From Candidatus Parvarchaeum sp. (GTDB taxonomy: Archaea > Nanobdellota > Nanobdellia > Parvarchaeales > Parvarchaeaceae), in contig JBMFWF010000005.1 of the NCBI GenBank assembly GCA_049965555.1, forward strand, positions 15,794-47,793: a DNA stretch of 32,000 nt, read 5' to 3'. The position numbers were made by a program, and so were the translations under genes. The notes beneath the pieces were generated by a model, which searched no databases, was not told where the DNA came from, and worked only from the letters and a program-made list of their open reading frames with translations. Shown piece by piece: positions 21,416 through 31,400 of this stretch (the first letter of the stretch is position 1; each line of letters starts with the position of its first letter).

Positions 21416-21706
21416 TTATTTCACATTTTCCAGGACACAGTTGTAATTAAGGTTTATCTCATTGCTATTTGAGCAGACAGTAGACGCAGTTGAATTAACA
21501 GCTGCACAAGAATAACCGAAACTTGCATTCTCTTTTATGCAAGTGTTGCTTGTTAATGTGTGGTTGGCTATTATGTTATGGCATTCCAATTCACATATCC
21601 CAATTGCAATCTGTCTATGATTTTCATATGGATTTGTGTAGAATATGGCAGCGCCTACTACAAGCGCCAGGATGACGATTAACACAGCATAATATCCTTT
21701 GTCCAT
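21416..21706 (-). CDS. Small N-terminally anchored or secreted cysteine-rich protein, unknown function
   Basis: 96 aa. Hydrophobic N-terminus YYAVLIVILALVVGAAIF, then 6 Cys and 3 sequons (NHT, NAS, NST) in about 70 aa. Confidence 0.5.
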   Translation of the reverse strand: MDKGYYAVLIVILALVVGAAIFYTNPYENHRQIAIGICELECHNIIANHTLTSNTCIKENASFGYSCAAVNSTASTVCSNSNEINLNYNCVLENVK

Positions 21707-21777
21707 ACTTTTTTAATAATATTATGTATAACTTAATATAAAAAAGCGTTTAAAATGTAAAAACTGTTAATAATCAT

Positions 21778-22182
21778 ATGGCGAAAAGAGTGTCTGCATT
21801 AGTAATAAGGGGAAACAAAGTATTGATGGTAAAACTCAAAGAGCAAGATAAATATATGCCCAGAGCAACATGGGTCTTCCCTTTTATTGATTTAGATGAG
21901 GAGAAAAGCCCTAGAAGGGAAATCCTTTCACTTATGGAAAAATTCAACATAACAGTTAATCTTACGGGCAAGGTATTCAAGTATTACCCAAGCGAAAATC
22001 CAAAATTATTGTATTTCCTGTACGTAATGGAGCATGTCAATGGAGAACCGGAGGTTCTATCTTTTTTCCAAAGCTATAGATGGGTACCTATGACCGATAT
22101 AACTGCTTATTCCACCTCTTTTATGGACAACAATGTTTCTAGGTTTTTGGAAGAAAAAGCAAAAGAATACGATGAAAATTAA
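21778..22182 (+). CDS. Nudix-fold protein with a degenerate Nudix box
   Basis: 134 aa. The overall MutT-like layout is present (VSALVIRGNKVLMVK...WVFPFIDLDEEKSPRREILSLMEKFNITV...YRWVPMTDI), but the GX5EX7REUXEEXGU positions are mostly substituted. Confidence 0.55.
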   Translation: MAKRVSALVIRGNKVLMVKLKEQDKYMPRATWVFPFIDLDEEKSPRREILSLMEKFNITVNLTGKVFKYYPSENPKLLYFLYVMEHVNGEPEVLSFFQSYRWVPMTDITAYSTSFMDNNVSRFLEEKAKEYDEN

Positions 22183-22853
22183 ACGTACATGTTTTGTTCT
22201 TCTTTCTCTTTAGGCGCTTGACTTATTCTTTTTAGTAGGCTGTTTATCTGTCCAAGCGTTTTCTTGTATTCAGATATAAGTTCAGAGGTATCTACATGTA
22301 TATCAAGCATTCCTTCTAAAACAGAAATTAGCGCTGCTGCCGCTATGCCGTCTGGTATCTCAGCATGCGTTTCTGCCATCAAAACTACAAAAGGGATCTT
22401 GCTTTTTCTTGCTTTGTGTGCAAAGTAGGAATTAAAGCCCATCATTGCGCCCTCAGGCAGTCTTTTGCAGTTTTTTATCTCCTTTTCATTGTAAGTGCTT
22501 GCAAAGTACACATCACTTTTGTCTTTTGCTTCATCAACTGCAAGCCCATCCAATGCTATTATCTGTTCTGCCTTCTTTTCTTTGTAGATCAGCATTATCT
22601 TGTCTGCCAGCTCGTTTATTGATTTTAAAGGAAGCGGTATCTGCGATGTTATCATTGTAAACCCTTTTCCTTCCAACAATCTTATCGGAGAGAGAAGGTT
22701 TCCGTCTTTGACTACTGCAAATTGCGCAAGTTCATCAATGTCTATCCCGCCAACATCTTTTACGACTCCTTTCTCTTCAAGGAACCTTGCTGCTAATATT
22801 GATATGTAACCCGCAGTTTGAAAAGCAGTTATTATTTTGTTTTTTTCTGCCAT
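22179..22853 (-). CDS. PAC2-family proteasome assembly chaperone/activator (PbaA/PbaB-like) with a C-terminal HbYX motif
   Basis: 224 aa with the PAC2 (PF09754-like) layout (AFQTAGYISILAARFL...PFVVLMAETHAEIPDGIAAAALISVLEGMLDIHVD). The extreme C-terminus is ...NMYV, i.e. hydrophobic-Tyr-X. Confidence 0.7.
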   Translation of the reverse strand: MAEKNKIITAFQTAGYISILAARFLEEKGVVKDVGGIDIDELAQFAVVKDGNLLSPIRLLEGKGFTMITSQIPLPLKSINELADKIMLIYKEKKAEQIIALDGLAVDEAKDKSDVYFASTYNEKEIKNCKRLPEGAMMGFNSYFAHKARKSKIPFVVLMAETHAEIPDGIAAAALISVLEGMLDIHVDTSELISEYKKTLGQINSLLKRISQAPKEKEEQNMYV

Positions 22854-22895
22854 AAATATTATTAAACATATTCCTTTAAATAGCTGCCACAGTGA

Positions 22896-23720
22896 TTACA
22901 GCCCTATAACAGAGAGAACAGGTATGTAACCAATATAGATTAAAGCAGTCATTGCAACTGGCAATACAAAGAAAATAGCCCAGTAAACTTTATTCCATCT
23001 CCACACTTTGTAACCGTCTAAACCTATAAAAGATGCCGATCCCAAAGGCAGCATGTTAAATGCTGCAAGGTAAAAGCTTATGAATGTTCCCAAGCCTGTT
23101 ACGATATAGCCGAAAGCCGTAAGCAGGCTAGTTACATGCGATCCAACGAATACATATATAAGCAAAAATAAAGCCAAGAATATAAAACCGAATGCTATGT
23201 CAATCAAAGGCCCGGCAAGAGATATTTTACCGTATCTCTCAGTAAATCCTTTTGGATCCATGTAAGGCTCTCTTGGATCAGGTTCAAATATAGTCGCGCC
23301 AGGCAGTGCGAATACAAATCCTATAAGCAACGCCATTACTACAGCAAGTATCAAAAAGAACGGAAACATCCTAAATTGCGCTTCATAGCCATAGCTTTGT
23401 GCGACAAACTTATGCATCAATTCATGCATTATAAATGCTGCTCCAAGCACTATAAAAGAAGCTAAGAAGTATAGAAGGAAACCCGTGTTTTCTATCGGGT
23501 AAAGAACAACTGCAAATGCGAAGCTTAATGCCAGCCATGCAAGAATTATATCTTCAATTTCCTTGAGAGAAAACCTGGATGCAAAATTTTTGAACCTTTT
23601 TCGTTTGTTCTGGTTATAACCCAAGTTAGATTTAAAAGGTATGAATTCCCATGCTTTTTTCTTCCTATATATCCTAACTGATGGGTTCCCCCTCTTAATC
23701 ACCTTTACTTCTTTTTGCAT
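22896..23720 (-). CDS. M50-family (COG1994-type) membrane zinc metalloprotease
   Basis: 274 aa, multi-TM. HELMHKFVA (HExxH) and FNMLPLGSASFIGLDGYKV (NxxP...DG). The start overlaps the ksgA 3' end by 16 nt. Confidence 0.75.
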   Translation of the reverse strand: MQKEVKVIKRGNPSVRIYRKKKAWEFIPFKSNLGYNQNKRKRFKNFASRFSLKEIEDIILAWLALSFAFAVVLYPIENTGFLLYFLASFIVLGAAFIMHELMHKFVAQSYGYEAQFRMFPFFLILAVVMALLIGFVFALPGATIFEPDPREPYMDPKGFTERYGKISLAGPLIDIAFGFIFLALFLLIYVFVGSHVTSLLTAFGYIVTGLGTFISFYLAAFNMLPLGSASFIGLDGYKVWRWNKVYWAIFFVLPVAMTALIYIGYIPVLSVIGL

Positions 23721-24499
23721 ATTCCTAACCTTAGCATCTCATCATATATATCCTCTAGCTCCTTTATATCTAAATAGAATACTTTCTGTTTTAGTTTATC
23801 CTTTTCTTTGAATCCCTGAAGTTTTTCTCTTATCTCCTCCTTTGATTTGACATTTAATTTTCCACGGCTGTCCATTACAGCAGAATAGAGGTTTTTCTTC
23901 TTGTGCTGGAAGAGAAGCCTAGCAAAGGCAAGAAAATCTTCGTTTATTTGTATGTTTTTCGGCTTTATCTTTAGTATTATCGATTCAACAGCAGGCCTTG
24001 GCCGAAATGCATTCTTGCTTACTCTAGAAACAAGCTCTATGTTGCAGGTATATTGCGTGAACACCGATATCATTGAGTAATCCCTTATACCTGGGAATGC
24101 AAGCATCCTCTCTCCGAATTCCAACTGATACATCAATACAGCCAAAGAGTCTTTTCTGCCATTTAAAAAGTATATTATTTTTTCTGTTATTGGAGAAGAG
24201 ATGGCATATGGCAAGTTCGATATTATTTTGTTTGCATCACTTGGGAAATCTATTGATAATGCGTCATCATTTATGAATTCTACGTTTTTCAATCCTTCAA
24301 GCATTGTTCTTGCAGAATCAAAAAGATTTGTATCTATCTCTACAGCGTAAACTTTTTTTACATGCGGCGCTATCCGTTTTGTCAGCCGGCCGTCTCCGCT
24401 TCCTATCTCTATGACTATGTCGTCTTTTTTGAGATCCGAAGCTTCTATTATCTTTTCAAACGTCTTTTCATCCTTTAGGAACACTTTTGTATTATTCAT
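23705..24499 (-). CDS. ksgA: 16S/18S rRNA adenine dimethyltransferase KsgA/Dim1
   Basis: 264 aa. SAM motif VIEIGSGDGRLT and the SNLPYAISSPI motif. The start overlaps the upstream GTPase stop (ATGA). Confidence 0.9.
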   Translation of the reverse strand: MNNTKVFLKDEKTFEKIIEASDLKKDDIVIEIGSGDGRLTKRIAPHVKKVYAVEIDTNLFDSARTMLEGLKNVEFINDDALSIDFPSDANKIISNLPYAISSPITEKIIYFLNGRKDSLAVLMYQLEFGERMLAFPGIRDYSMISVFTQYTCNIELVSRVSKNAFRPRPAVESIILKIKPKNIQINEDFLAFARLLFQHKKKNLYSAVMDSRGKLNVKSKEEIREKLQGFKEKDKLKQKVFYLDIKELEDIYDEMLRLGICKKK

Positions 24500-25635
24500 A
24501 CCAATATCTTAAGAACCTGCCCGTTTTTAACAGGAGAATCATTCTTTACTTTAAGTCCAGTTTTGCAGTCTATAGCTCCTTTGTAGTTTTTAGCTATGTC
24601 GCTGTGTATCATTGCTGCCACATCCTTGGGAGTTGCATCCCTCTCTACAAGGTATGCATCTGGCAGGACTCTTCCAAAACCGTCAGTGAGCTTCTTTTCG
24701 TCTTCCACAGGGAAAACAACCTTGTAACCCTTTAATTCAAATACCAGCCGGTTTAAAGCCTCTTTCACCCCTGTGCTGCCGTATTTTTTGATTATGTTCT
24801 CTATTATTCCTATGGCTTTTTCCTGGTCACCGCTTAGATCCTTTAATCTTTCAATTTTTCCGTCTTTAACGCGTATAAATCCATTTTTCTCTGCTTCTCT
24901 TATTGTAAGCTCGGCTGCTGCGGAGCATGCCATAAAATTGTAGTCAAATCTTTCCTTAAGTTTTTTAATCCTTTCATCCAGGTCATCAACAGAATCCATC
25001 TTATTGCATAAAATAAGCATCGGCTTGTCTTTTTTCATCATTAAGGAAGCCATCTTTAATGCAGTTTCATCGTTTATTTCTTTTATGCCAAGCTCCTTCA
25101 CAACTTCTTTTACAGTCGAGTACTTTATGTTTATTCCTGATACATTTTTGAATATTACATCCGAGATATCCTCCTTCCCTACATACTTTGATCTGGAGAT
25201 TATTGAAGCTATCCACTTCTTTATCTCTTTATCGACCATCTCTATATCAATAGCAGGGTCAAAGCCCTTCGTTTTATTTCCACTGCTGTCAGTATTACCG
25301 GATATATCTATCACTTCTATTATTGCATCGGCTTCCATTATATCGCTCAGGAATTTGTTACCAAGGCCTTTTCCTTCGCTTGCATCTTCGACAAGACCGG
25401 CAACGTCTATTATATTTATGGGCACAAACCTTGTGCCATCAACGCAAGGCGCGTTGTGAGGGTTACATTTAACCTTGAAGTATTTCTCAGGGCATTCAAA
25501 ACTAACATATCCAACGCCTTTGTTGGGCTCTATGGTCGTAAAAGGCCTATCCTCTATATCCACTTCTTCAAGTGTAAGCGCCTTGAAAAGCGTACTTTTT
25601 CCCACGTTTGTTCTTCCTATTATCCCTATTTTCAT
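24496..25635 (-). CDS. Obg-like GTPase/ATPase of the YchF/Ygr210 type with a C-terminal TGS domain
   Basis: 379 aa. G1 GIIGRTNVGKST, G3 DVAGLV, G4 NKMD. The C-terminal TGS-like segment is DAYLVERDATPKDVAAMIHSDIAKNYKGAIDCKTGLKVKNDSPVKNGQVLKI. Confidence 0.8.
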   Translation of the reverse strand: MKIGIIGRTNVGKSTLFKALTLEEVDIEDRPFTTIEPNKGVGYVSFECPEKYFKVKCNPHNAPCVDGTRFVPINIIDVAGLVEDASEGKGLGNKFLSDIMEADAIIEVIDISGNTDSSGNKTKGFDPAIDIEMVDKEIKKWIASIISRSKYVGKEDISDVIFKNVSGINIKYSTVKEVVKELGIKEINDETALKMASLMMKKDKPMLILCNKMDSVDDLDERIKKLKERFDYNFMACSAAAELTIREAEKNGFIRVKDGKIERLKDLSGDQEKAIGIIENIIKKYGSTGVKEALNRLVFELKGYKVVFPVEDEKKLTDGFGRVLPDAYLVERDATPKDVAAMIHSDIAKNYKGAIDCKTGLKVKNDSPVKNGQVLKILV

Positions 25636-25985
25636 AAGATAATTATTAAAGTCCCTATTATTAATGATGGGACTAAAAAGCTAATTACATAGCTTATGGT
25701 TCTTTGTAAATCAGATTTTTCTGCGTTATAAAGCGTTGAAAAGCAAAGGTTAAAAAGCATTATTACCGCAGAAACTGCAAAATAGTAAACACTGTGCAAA
25801 TACAATAATAAAGAGATAACTGCAATTTCTATTATTATCAGAGGATAAGAAAATATTTTTTCTGCCTTGATTCTTTTTGCTATGCTCTCTACTTCTTCTT
25901 GCGTAGATATCCCTATAATATATCCTATAAAGATTGCTAAAGCAATTATTACATACAATCCAGTTTCTTGTGTGAGCAAAACCAT
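25632..25985 (-). CDS. Small integral membrane protein (about 4 TM), unknown function
   Basis: 117 aa, hydrophobic. Its stop overlaps the GTPase start (ATGA). Confidence 0.5.
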   Translation of the reverse strand: MVLLTQETGLYVIIALAIFIGYIIGISTQEEVESIAKRIKAEKIFSYPLIIIEIAVISLLLYLHSVYYFAVSAVIMLFNLCFSTLYNAEKSDLQRTISYVISFLVPSLIIGTLIIIL

Positions 25986-26069
25986 ATTTAATTACTATTG
26001 CTTAATTATTATTTATTTAAATACATAAATTGAGTGCATTATAATGCTGGTTAGTAAAGTAGCATCTTA

Positions 26070-27614
26070 ATGGAACAGCCTATCAACAATGAAGAAATAA
26101 ACATAGAAGAGGAACAGGGATTAGTGGCTTCAAATAGTGTGTATGGCTTTCTCCGTTCCGGCTCAAAATTCTTTGTTTCTTTTCTGATTAGTGTCCTTCT
26201 TGTTAGGTTTCTTGGCCCCACAAATTATGGTTATTATACCGTAGTCGTCCTTTATTGGGGATTCGCTTCCACTATTGCAGGCTTAGGTATAAGTTCGGCA
26301 GTCCAGTATGCAATATCCAAATATCGTGCACAGAATTCTGCGTCTAAACTAATGTGGGCAGTCAGGCATTATTTTATTATAGTAATACTTTCATCTCTTG
26401 CTGCTTCAATAGTCTTGTTTTCTCTTTCAGGAGTAATTGCATCGGTATACCACTCACAAGAAGTCGGTTACCTTATAAAGATACTTGCCTTCGGCCTTGT
26501 ATTCTATTCTCTTTCAGGAAATTTCACAGAGCCTTCATTTATTGGATTCCAGAAGATGAACAATAGCTTTATTACGGGAGTTTTGTATGATTTTCTGCGC
26601 ATAATCCAGCTTATAGTAGTTTATTTAGGGTTCGGTTTAATAGGGGCAATTAAGTTCTATGATGTAGTATATCTTGTAACTGCAACAGTAGGCCTTTTTC
26701 TCTTGTACCGTTCGATTAAAGGTTTTTCAAGTCCTGTCAGGCCAGAAAAAGAAGATCTGGTTCATTTTTACAGTTATAGGAACTTTTCTTACGTTATTGC
26801 AATAATATCACTTTCTTATGGGCCAGTAATCGCTTTGTTTTTAGGGGCAGTCTCCCCAAATATATCGGCAGTTAGTTTTTACAGAGTTGGGTTGATAATG
26901 GCAGGAATGCTTGGGTTACCCGCTGCGGCTGTCGGATCTGCATTCTTTGCATCTATAACGAAGTTTTTTGAAAGAAAGCAGTTCGATGGTTTTTACAGGC
27001 TTCAGCACAGTCTTGTAAAGTATTCTTTTATGCTTACTTTGCCCCTGGTTACCGCTTCTATAATATCCGCACCCAGACTGATTTCTTATCTTTATAAATC
27101 CAGTTTTATAGGTGCTGAAACTCCTTTTATAATCCTTCTTATTCCTGTTCTTATATCCAGTATATTCGGGCCGATTACCCAGGTTTTAAGTGCAACAGGA
27201 AAACAGAAATATGCAATGTACTCCGTTGTAACCGGAGCAGCAGTAGGCATAACGCTTACAGTTATCTTAGTCCCGCTTCTGTATTCTGTAGGTGCAGCAA
27301 TTGCATATCTTGCGGTTACAATGTCTACTTTGGCAGTAAATCTTATTTTGGTGTCGAGGTATATCAAAATAAAATTGCCTTATAAAGAACTAGTTAAGGC
27401 TACATTATCTGTTTTGTTAATGGGCCTTCTACTATACTTCCTTTTAAAGTTTGTTACAACACTTGCATACCTTCCATTGCTTCTGATTGCTGCTTTAGTT
27501 TTCTATGTTTTAATGTTGTATATCACAAAGACAGTTAGCAATAAAGAACTTAGATTTATAATACGGCTGTTTAAAGCAGACAAGTTTGTCAGGATGCTAT
27601 ATAAAAAGTATTAA
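26070..27614 (+). CDS. MOP-superfamily polysaccharide/oligosaccharide flippase (Wzx/RfbX, AglR-like)
   Basis: 514 aa, roughly 12-14 predicted TM segments, typical Wzx-like N-terminus (SGSKFFVSFLISVLLVRFLGPTNYGYYTVV). Confidence 0.72.
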   Translation: MEQPINNEEINIEEEQGLVASNSVYGFLRSGSKFFVSFLISVLLVRFLGPTNYGYYTVVVLYWGFASTIAGLGISSAVQYAISKYRAQNSASKLMWAVRHYFIIVILSSLAASIVLFSLSGVIASVYHSQEVGYLIKILAFGLVFYSLSGNFTEPSFIGFQKMNNSFITGVLYDFLRIIQLIVVYLGFGLIGAIKFYDVVYLVTATVGLFLLYRSIKGFSSPVRPEKEDLVHFYSYRNFSYVIAIISLSYGPVIALFLGAVSPNISAVSFYRVGLIMAGMLGLPAAAVGSAFFASITKFFERKQFDGFYRLQHSLVKYSFMLTLPLVTASIISAPRLISYLYKSSFIGAETPFIILLIPVLISSIFGPITQVLSATGKQKYAMYSVVTGAAVGITLTVILVPLLYSVGAAIAYLAVTMSTLAVNLILVSRYIKIKLPYKELVKATLSVLLMGLLLYFLLKFVTTLAYLPLLLIAALVFYVLMLYITKTVSNKELRFIIRLFKADKFVRMLYKKY

Positions 27615-27638
27615 ATTTAGCAAAGCTTTAATAAAATC

Positions 27639-28418
27639 ATGAAACTTAATGTTAAAGCAGTTGACTTAGAGTTTGATGAAAAAGAGAGGAAGTTGTTTGC
27701 TGACGGTAAGGAAGTTCCATTCTCCGTACGCAAGGTAAGCGAAATGAAGGATGTACTGTTTAATAAAGAATTCATAAACAGTAAAAACAGAAACGATATA
27801 CTATACAGAATGTACAGGGCAGCAGGAGTTGCAAAAAATGCAACTGTTTTCTCTGCGCACAATATAAGATACGATGTTACTGTAATTGAGAATTATGATC
27901 TGGGCGGAGAGTTCACAAAGACTCTTGGACATTACCATCCCTTAGTCGAAAAGGGGCTGGCTTATCCAGAACTATATGAAATAATAAGCGGAGAGGCAGT
28001 TTATCTCTTACAAAAAAGAAATGATGATGGCAGCTTTGATTTAGAATTAGTACATGCGAAAGCCGGTGATAAGGTTATAATGCCGCCTAATTATGGCCAT
28101 TTCTCAATCAATGTCGGAAAAGGCCTTTTGATAGAGGCTAATTTGGTAAATTCTACGTTTGATTCCGATTATAAGTCGGTACAGGCAATGGGCGGCGGCG
28201 CTCTTTTTCTGCTAAGGAATGGAAACATAGTCTTAAACAGGAATTATAAGGAGACTACACTCAAACACAGCGAAGCAGAAAAGCTACCTTTCCTTGATTA
28301 CTCAAAGAGCATATATGACGAGTACATAGCCCATCCAGAGCATTTTATTTTCTTGAATAAGCCTGAATTTCTGCTTTGGAAGCACGATTCATGGGATATA
28401 GAATCCCAGGATTTTTGA
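27639..28418 (+). CDS. pgiA: Cupin-type phosphoglucose isomerase (cPGI) homologue with a C-terminal extension
   Basis: 259 aa. SVRKVSEM, GGEFTKTLGHYHP...PELY and MPPNYGHFSINVG match the cPGI signatures recalled from Pyrococcus furiosus PGI (SVRRLSDM, TKGHFH...AEVY, PPYWAHRTVN). All four metal-ligand positions (H, H, E, H) are present. Confidence 0.75.
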   Translation: MKLNVKAVDLEFDEKERKLFADGKEVPFSVRKVSEMKDVLFNKEFINSKNRNDILYRMYRAAGVAKNATVFSAHNIRYDVTVIENYDLGGEFTKTLGHYHPLVEKGLAYPELYEIISGEAVYLLQKRNDDGSFDLELVHAKAGDKVIMPPNYGHFSINVGKGLLIEANLVNSTFDSDYKSVQAMGGGALFLLRNGNIVLNRNYKETTLKHSEAEKLPFLDYSKSIYDEYIAHPEHFIFLNKPEFLLWKHDSWDIESQDF

Positions 28419-28465
28419 TTAGAAAGGTTTAATAATTAGTAGTAGTTTCTTTATATATTTGAATT

Positions 28466-31400
28466 ATGGCCGAAGATGATGAACTTAAGAGAATTGAGCA
28501 GGATGCTTCCAAAGAGGAAAGAAAGATAGAGCAGGAAATAAAAAAAGAGGAGGTCCAGATAAAGAAAGAGGAAATGGCTCTTAAAAAGGAGGAAGAGAAG
28601 ATAAAATCACTAAAAGAAGAGTCTGAAAAAATAGAGCATGTAAAAGAGGAAGTATCCAGAAAGAAGGTAAGCGAAGTAGAGATAGAGCTGAATTTATCAG
28701 GTTTCAAGACCTTCGGTAATGCTGCTTACAACATTCTTATAAAGAAGAAAGTCCTTTTCTATTTGATTCTTATACTGGCTGTGACAGTTGGCTGGTACGT
28801 ACACACAGCTAGCATTCCGGCTTTGCTGAATCCAATACAGCCAAATTCTTCGATTATAGGAAATAATTACTTAGGCATGGGCGGTTCTCTTTCAGGCTTG
28901 GATCCATATATATTTTATATACAAATGGAGAATATCCTTAAAACAGGTAATGTTCCAGTGGTGAATCATCTGGAGTATCTGCCTTTAGGTCTGCCGTCTA
29001 GAACGGATGAGCTTATGGTATCCTTCTTCGGTGCATATTCTGCAAGACTTATCGATCCGATAGTAAAAGGCGCAGTTCCTATGACTTCTTTCATGTTTCT
29101 ACCTGCATTCTTTGCCATTTTTTCGGCCTTGCTTCTTTTCCTTATAGCATTGGAATTGTTTGGGGATTACTGGATAGCGAGCATAAGCGCATTTATCCTG
29201 CCGGCTTTCCTTACCTTTTTAAGCCGTTCTACTGCAGGCTTTACTCAGAAAACCTCACTTGGTTTTATGTTTATACTGCTGACAATTTTCTTCCTTTCAA
29301 AATCCCTCAAATCTAAAAGAACCAGGAGCAAAATGATCTATGGACTGGCTACTGGAATAGCCACAGGGTTGGCGACTGCAGCTAGCGGTTACAGCAACTA
29401 CCCTATACTACTGATACCTATAGTCTACATAGCAATCGTTTTGCTTGGCTATGCCAAAAAAGGAGATTTGCTGGCATACATAATGTTTGCAATCTGGGTT
29501 CCTATCAAGGTAAGCTTTGTTACGTTTACTTTCTCGGATGTTATACACAATGTTCTTTACTACCCAATGCTGTTCTCTTACGTGCTAGTTCTCTTTAAAT
29601 TGATAATTTATGACAGATACAAGAACAAACTGAAGATACCTCTTATAAATAACGGCTTTTCAGTCGCGATATACAGCGTTGTAATCTCTTTGGTTCTGGT
29701 AGCTATTACCGGCTTGGATACATTAAAGCATGCCTTCTCAAGGATTGCATCCGAGTTCATCCACCCGTTAGGAGTAGGAATAATAAACCCTGTAAGCCAA
29801 ACTATTGCAGAGTACGCTCCATTGAATTTAACCCAAAGGGCACAGGATTTCAATTTCCTTATAGGTTCATTAGGTATAAATTTCCTTTTATTCTGTGCAG
29901 GAGCAGTATTCCTTCTTTATATTGTACTGAAAAGGTTTAAGCATTGGTATATACCTTTTCTTTTAAGCGTTCCATTTATACTAATGCTTAATGGAGGAAC
30001 GTTCAGTTATAATGCAACCTCTTACTCATTTTTGTTTATATTCATAGCTTTGGATTTTATACCTTTGGGTTATTTGTTCATGCATAAAAACGAGGCAGGA
30101 TCAAAAAGAGTGCTAAGCTTTGTACTGTTCCTCACCCTGCTTTCACTTATAATGTTGATAGTCGTATGGACAATGAATTCATCTGCGAACAACTACAAAT
30201 ACGGTGCTGTTGCCCTTGTTGTAATATTTATACTTGAGTTCGCCTTTGATAAGCAAGAAGATGCAAATTTAATCTCTTTGCTGGCGATAATACCATTCTT
30301 TTTCTTTGTGGTCACAGTTATACTTTCAAATGTCGAAAGTAGGCTTCTAGAACCAACTGAATTAGCCGCCGCAATAATAATACCTTTTGCAATAGTTTAT
30401 TTCTTCAGAGGTTCAATAGACATTACGAATAGTTTCTTCAAGAACTCTTTAAGGAATATGACAGTTGTTTCTGCAGTAATAATCATAATAGCAATAGCTT
30501 TTGTCGCTGCAGATCTTCATTCAAGTCTTTTGCTGTCATACCAGACTGCACAATCTAGTGGCAGCGGATTGTTGCTTTGGGGGCCCACTTTACAGTGGGT
30601 AAGCCAGAATACCCCTGTCAATACCTCTATAATATCTTGGTGGGATTACGGTTATTGGGAGGAAGCAATAGCCAATAGAACAGCTGTAGCCGATGGAAGC
30701 AATGCTTATGGTTATCAGTCAATGATTGCAAAGTACTTCTTTGAAGCAACCTCTCCTTACGTTTATTCGACTTATCTTCACTTTATACACCAGCCAACTT
30801 ACGCAGTGATAAGCGGCAGCGAAGTAGAGAAATTCTCTGCTATATCCACAATTGCTTTGAAACCAACTTCATTTACGCCTATGTCAGAAACTAATGTTAC
30901 TCTAAACAGTCAGAATGTAGGGAATAAAAGTTACAAGTATTTATTGGACTTTGGAGATGTAAATGGTCAGATAGCTCCTTTATACTCAAATGCAACAATA
31001 CCCGGTTTACCCGGAAATGCAAATAACGATCTTCTTGTAGAAATTTTAATACCGCTGAATGCAAGCAGTACTGGTGTAATAACAAGTATGGGTAACCCAT
31101 ACGGTATAATATATAATGAGCTTACAACACAATTTTCTAGCCCGCTGCCTTTAGATTACAATTGTGTTTACAGCGTAGGATGCAAAGAAATAACAAATAA
31201 AGGGATACCTGGCGGCATGATGCTTTTGAATGCTACAAATTCAGTTGATCTTCATATTGGAGGCATACCTCAAGCACCGGGTGGATATGAGGTTCTTCCA
31301 ATAAACATGTCGCAATTCGGAAATGGCCCAGGCTTATTGTATATGCCGAATGAAACTCTGGATACTTTATTTGATAAGCTTTATTTACTAAATGAAAGCA

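Noticed and set aside
28429-28707. Minus-strand 92-aa Ser/Phe-rich ORF overlapping the aglB start.
   Set aside because: It is the reverse complement of the Lys/Glu-rich (GAA/AAG) tract of aglB. It is a compositional artefact.
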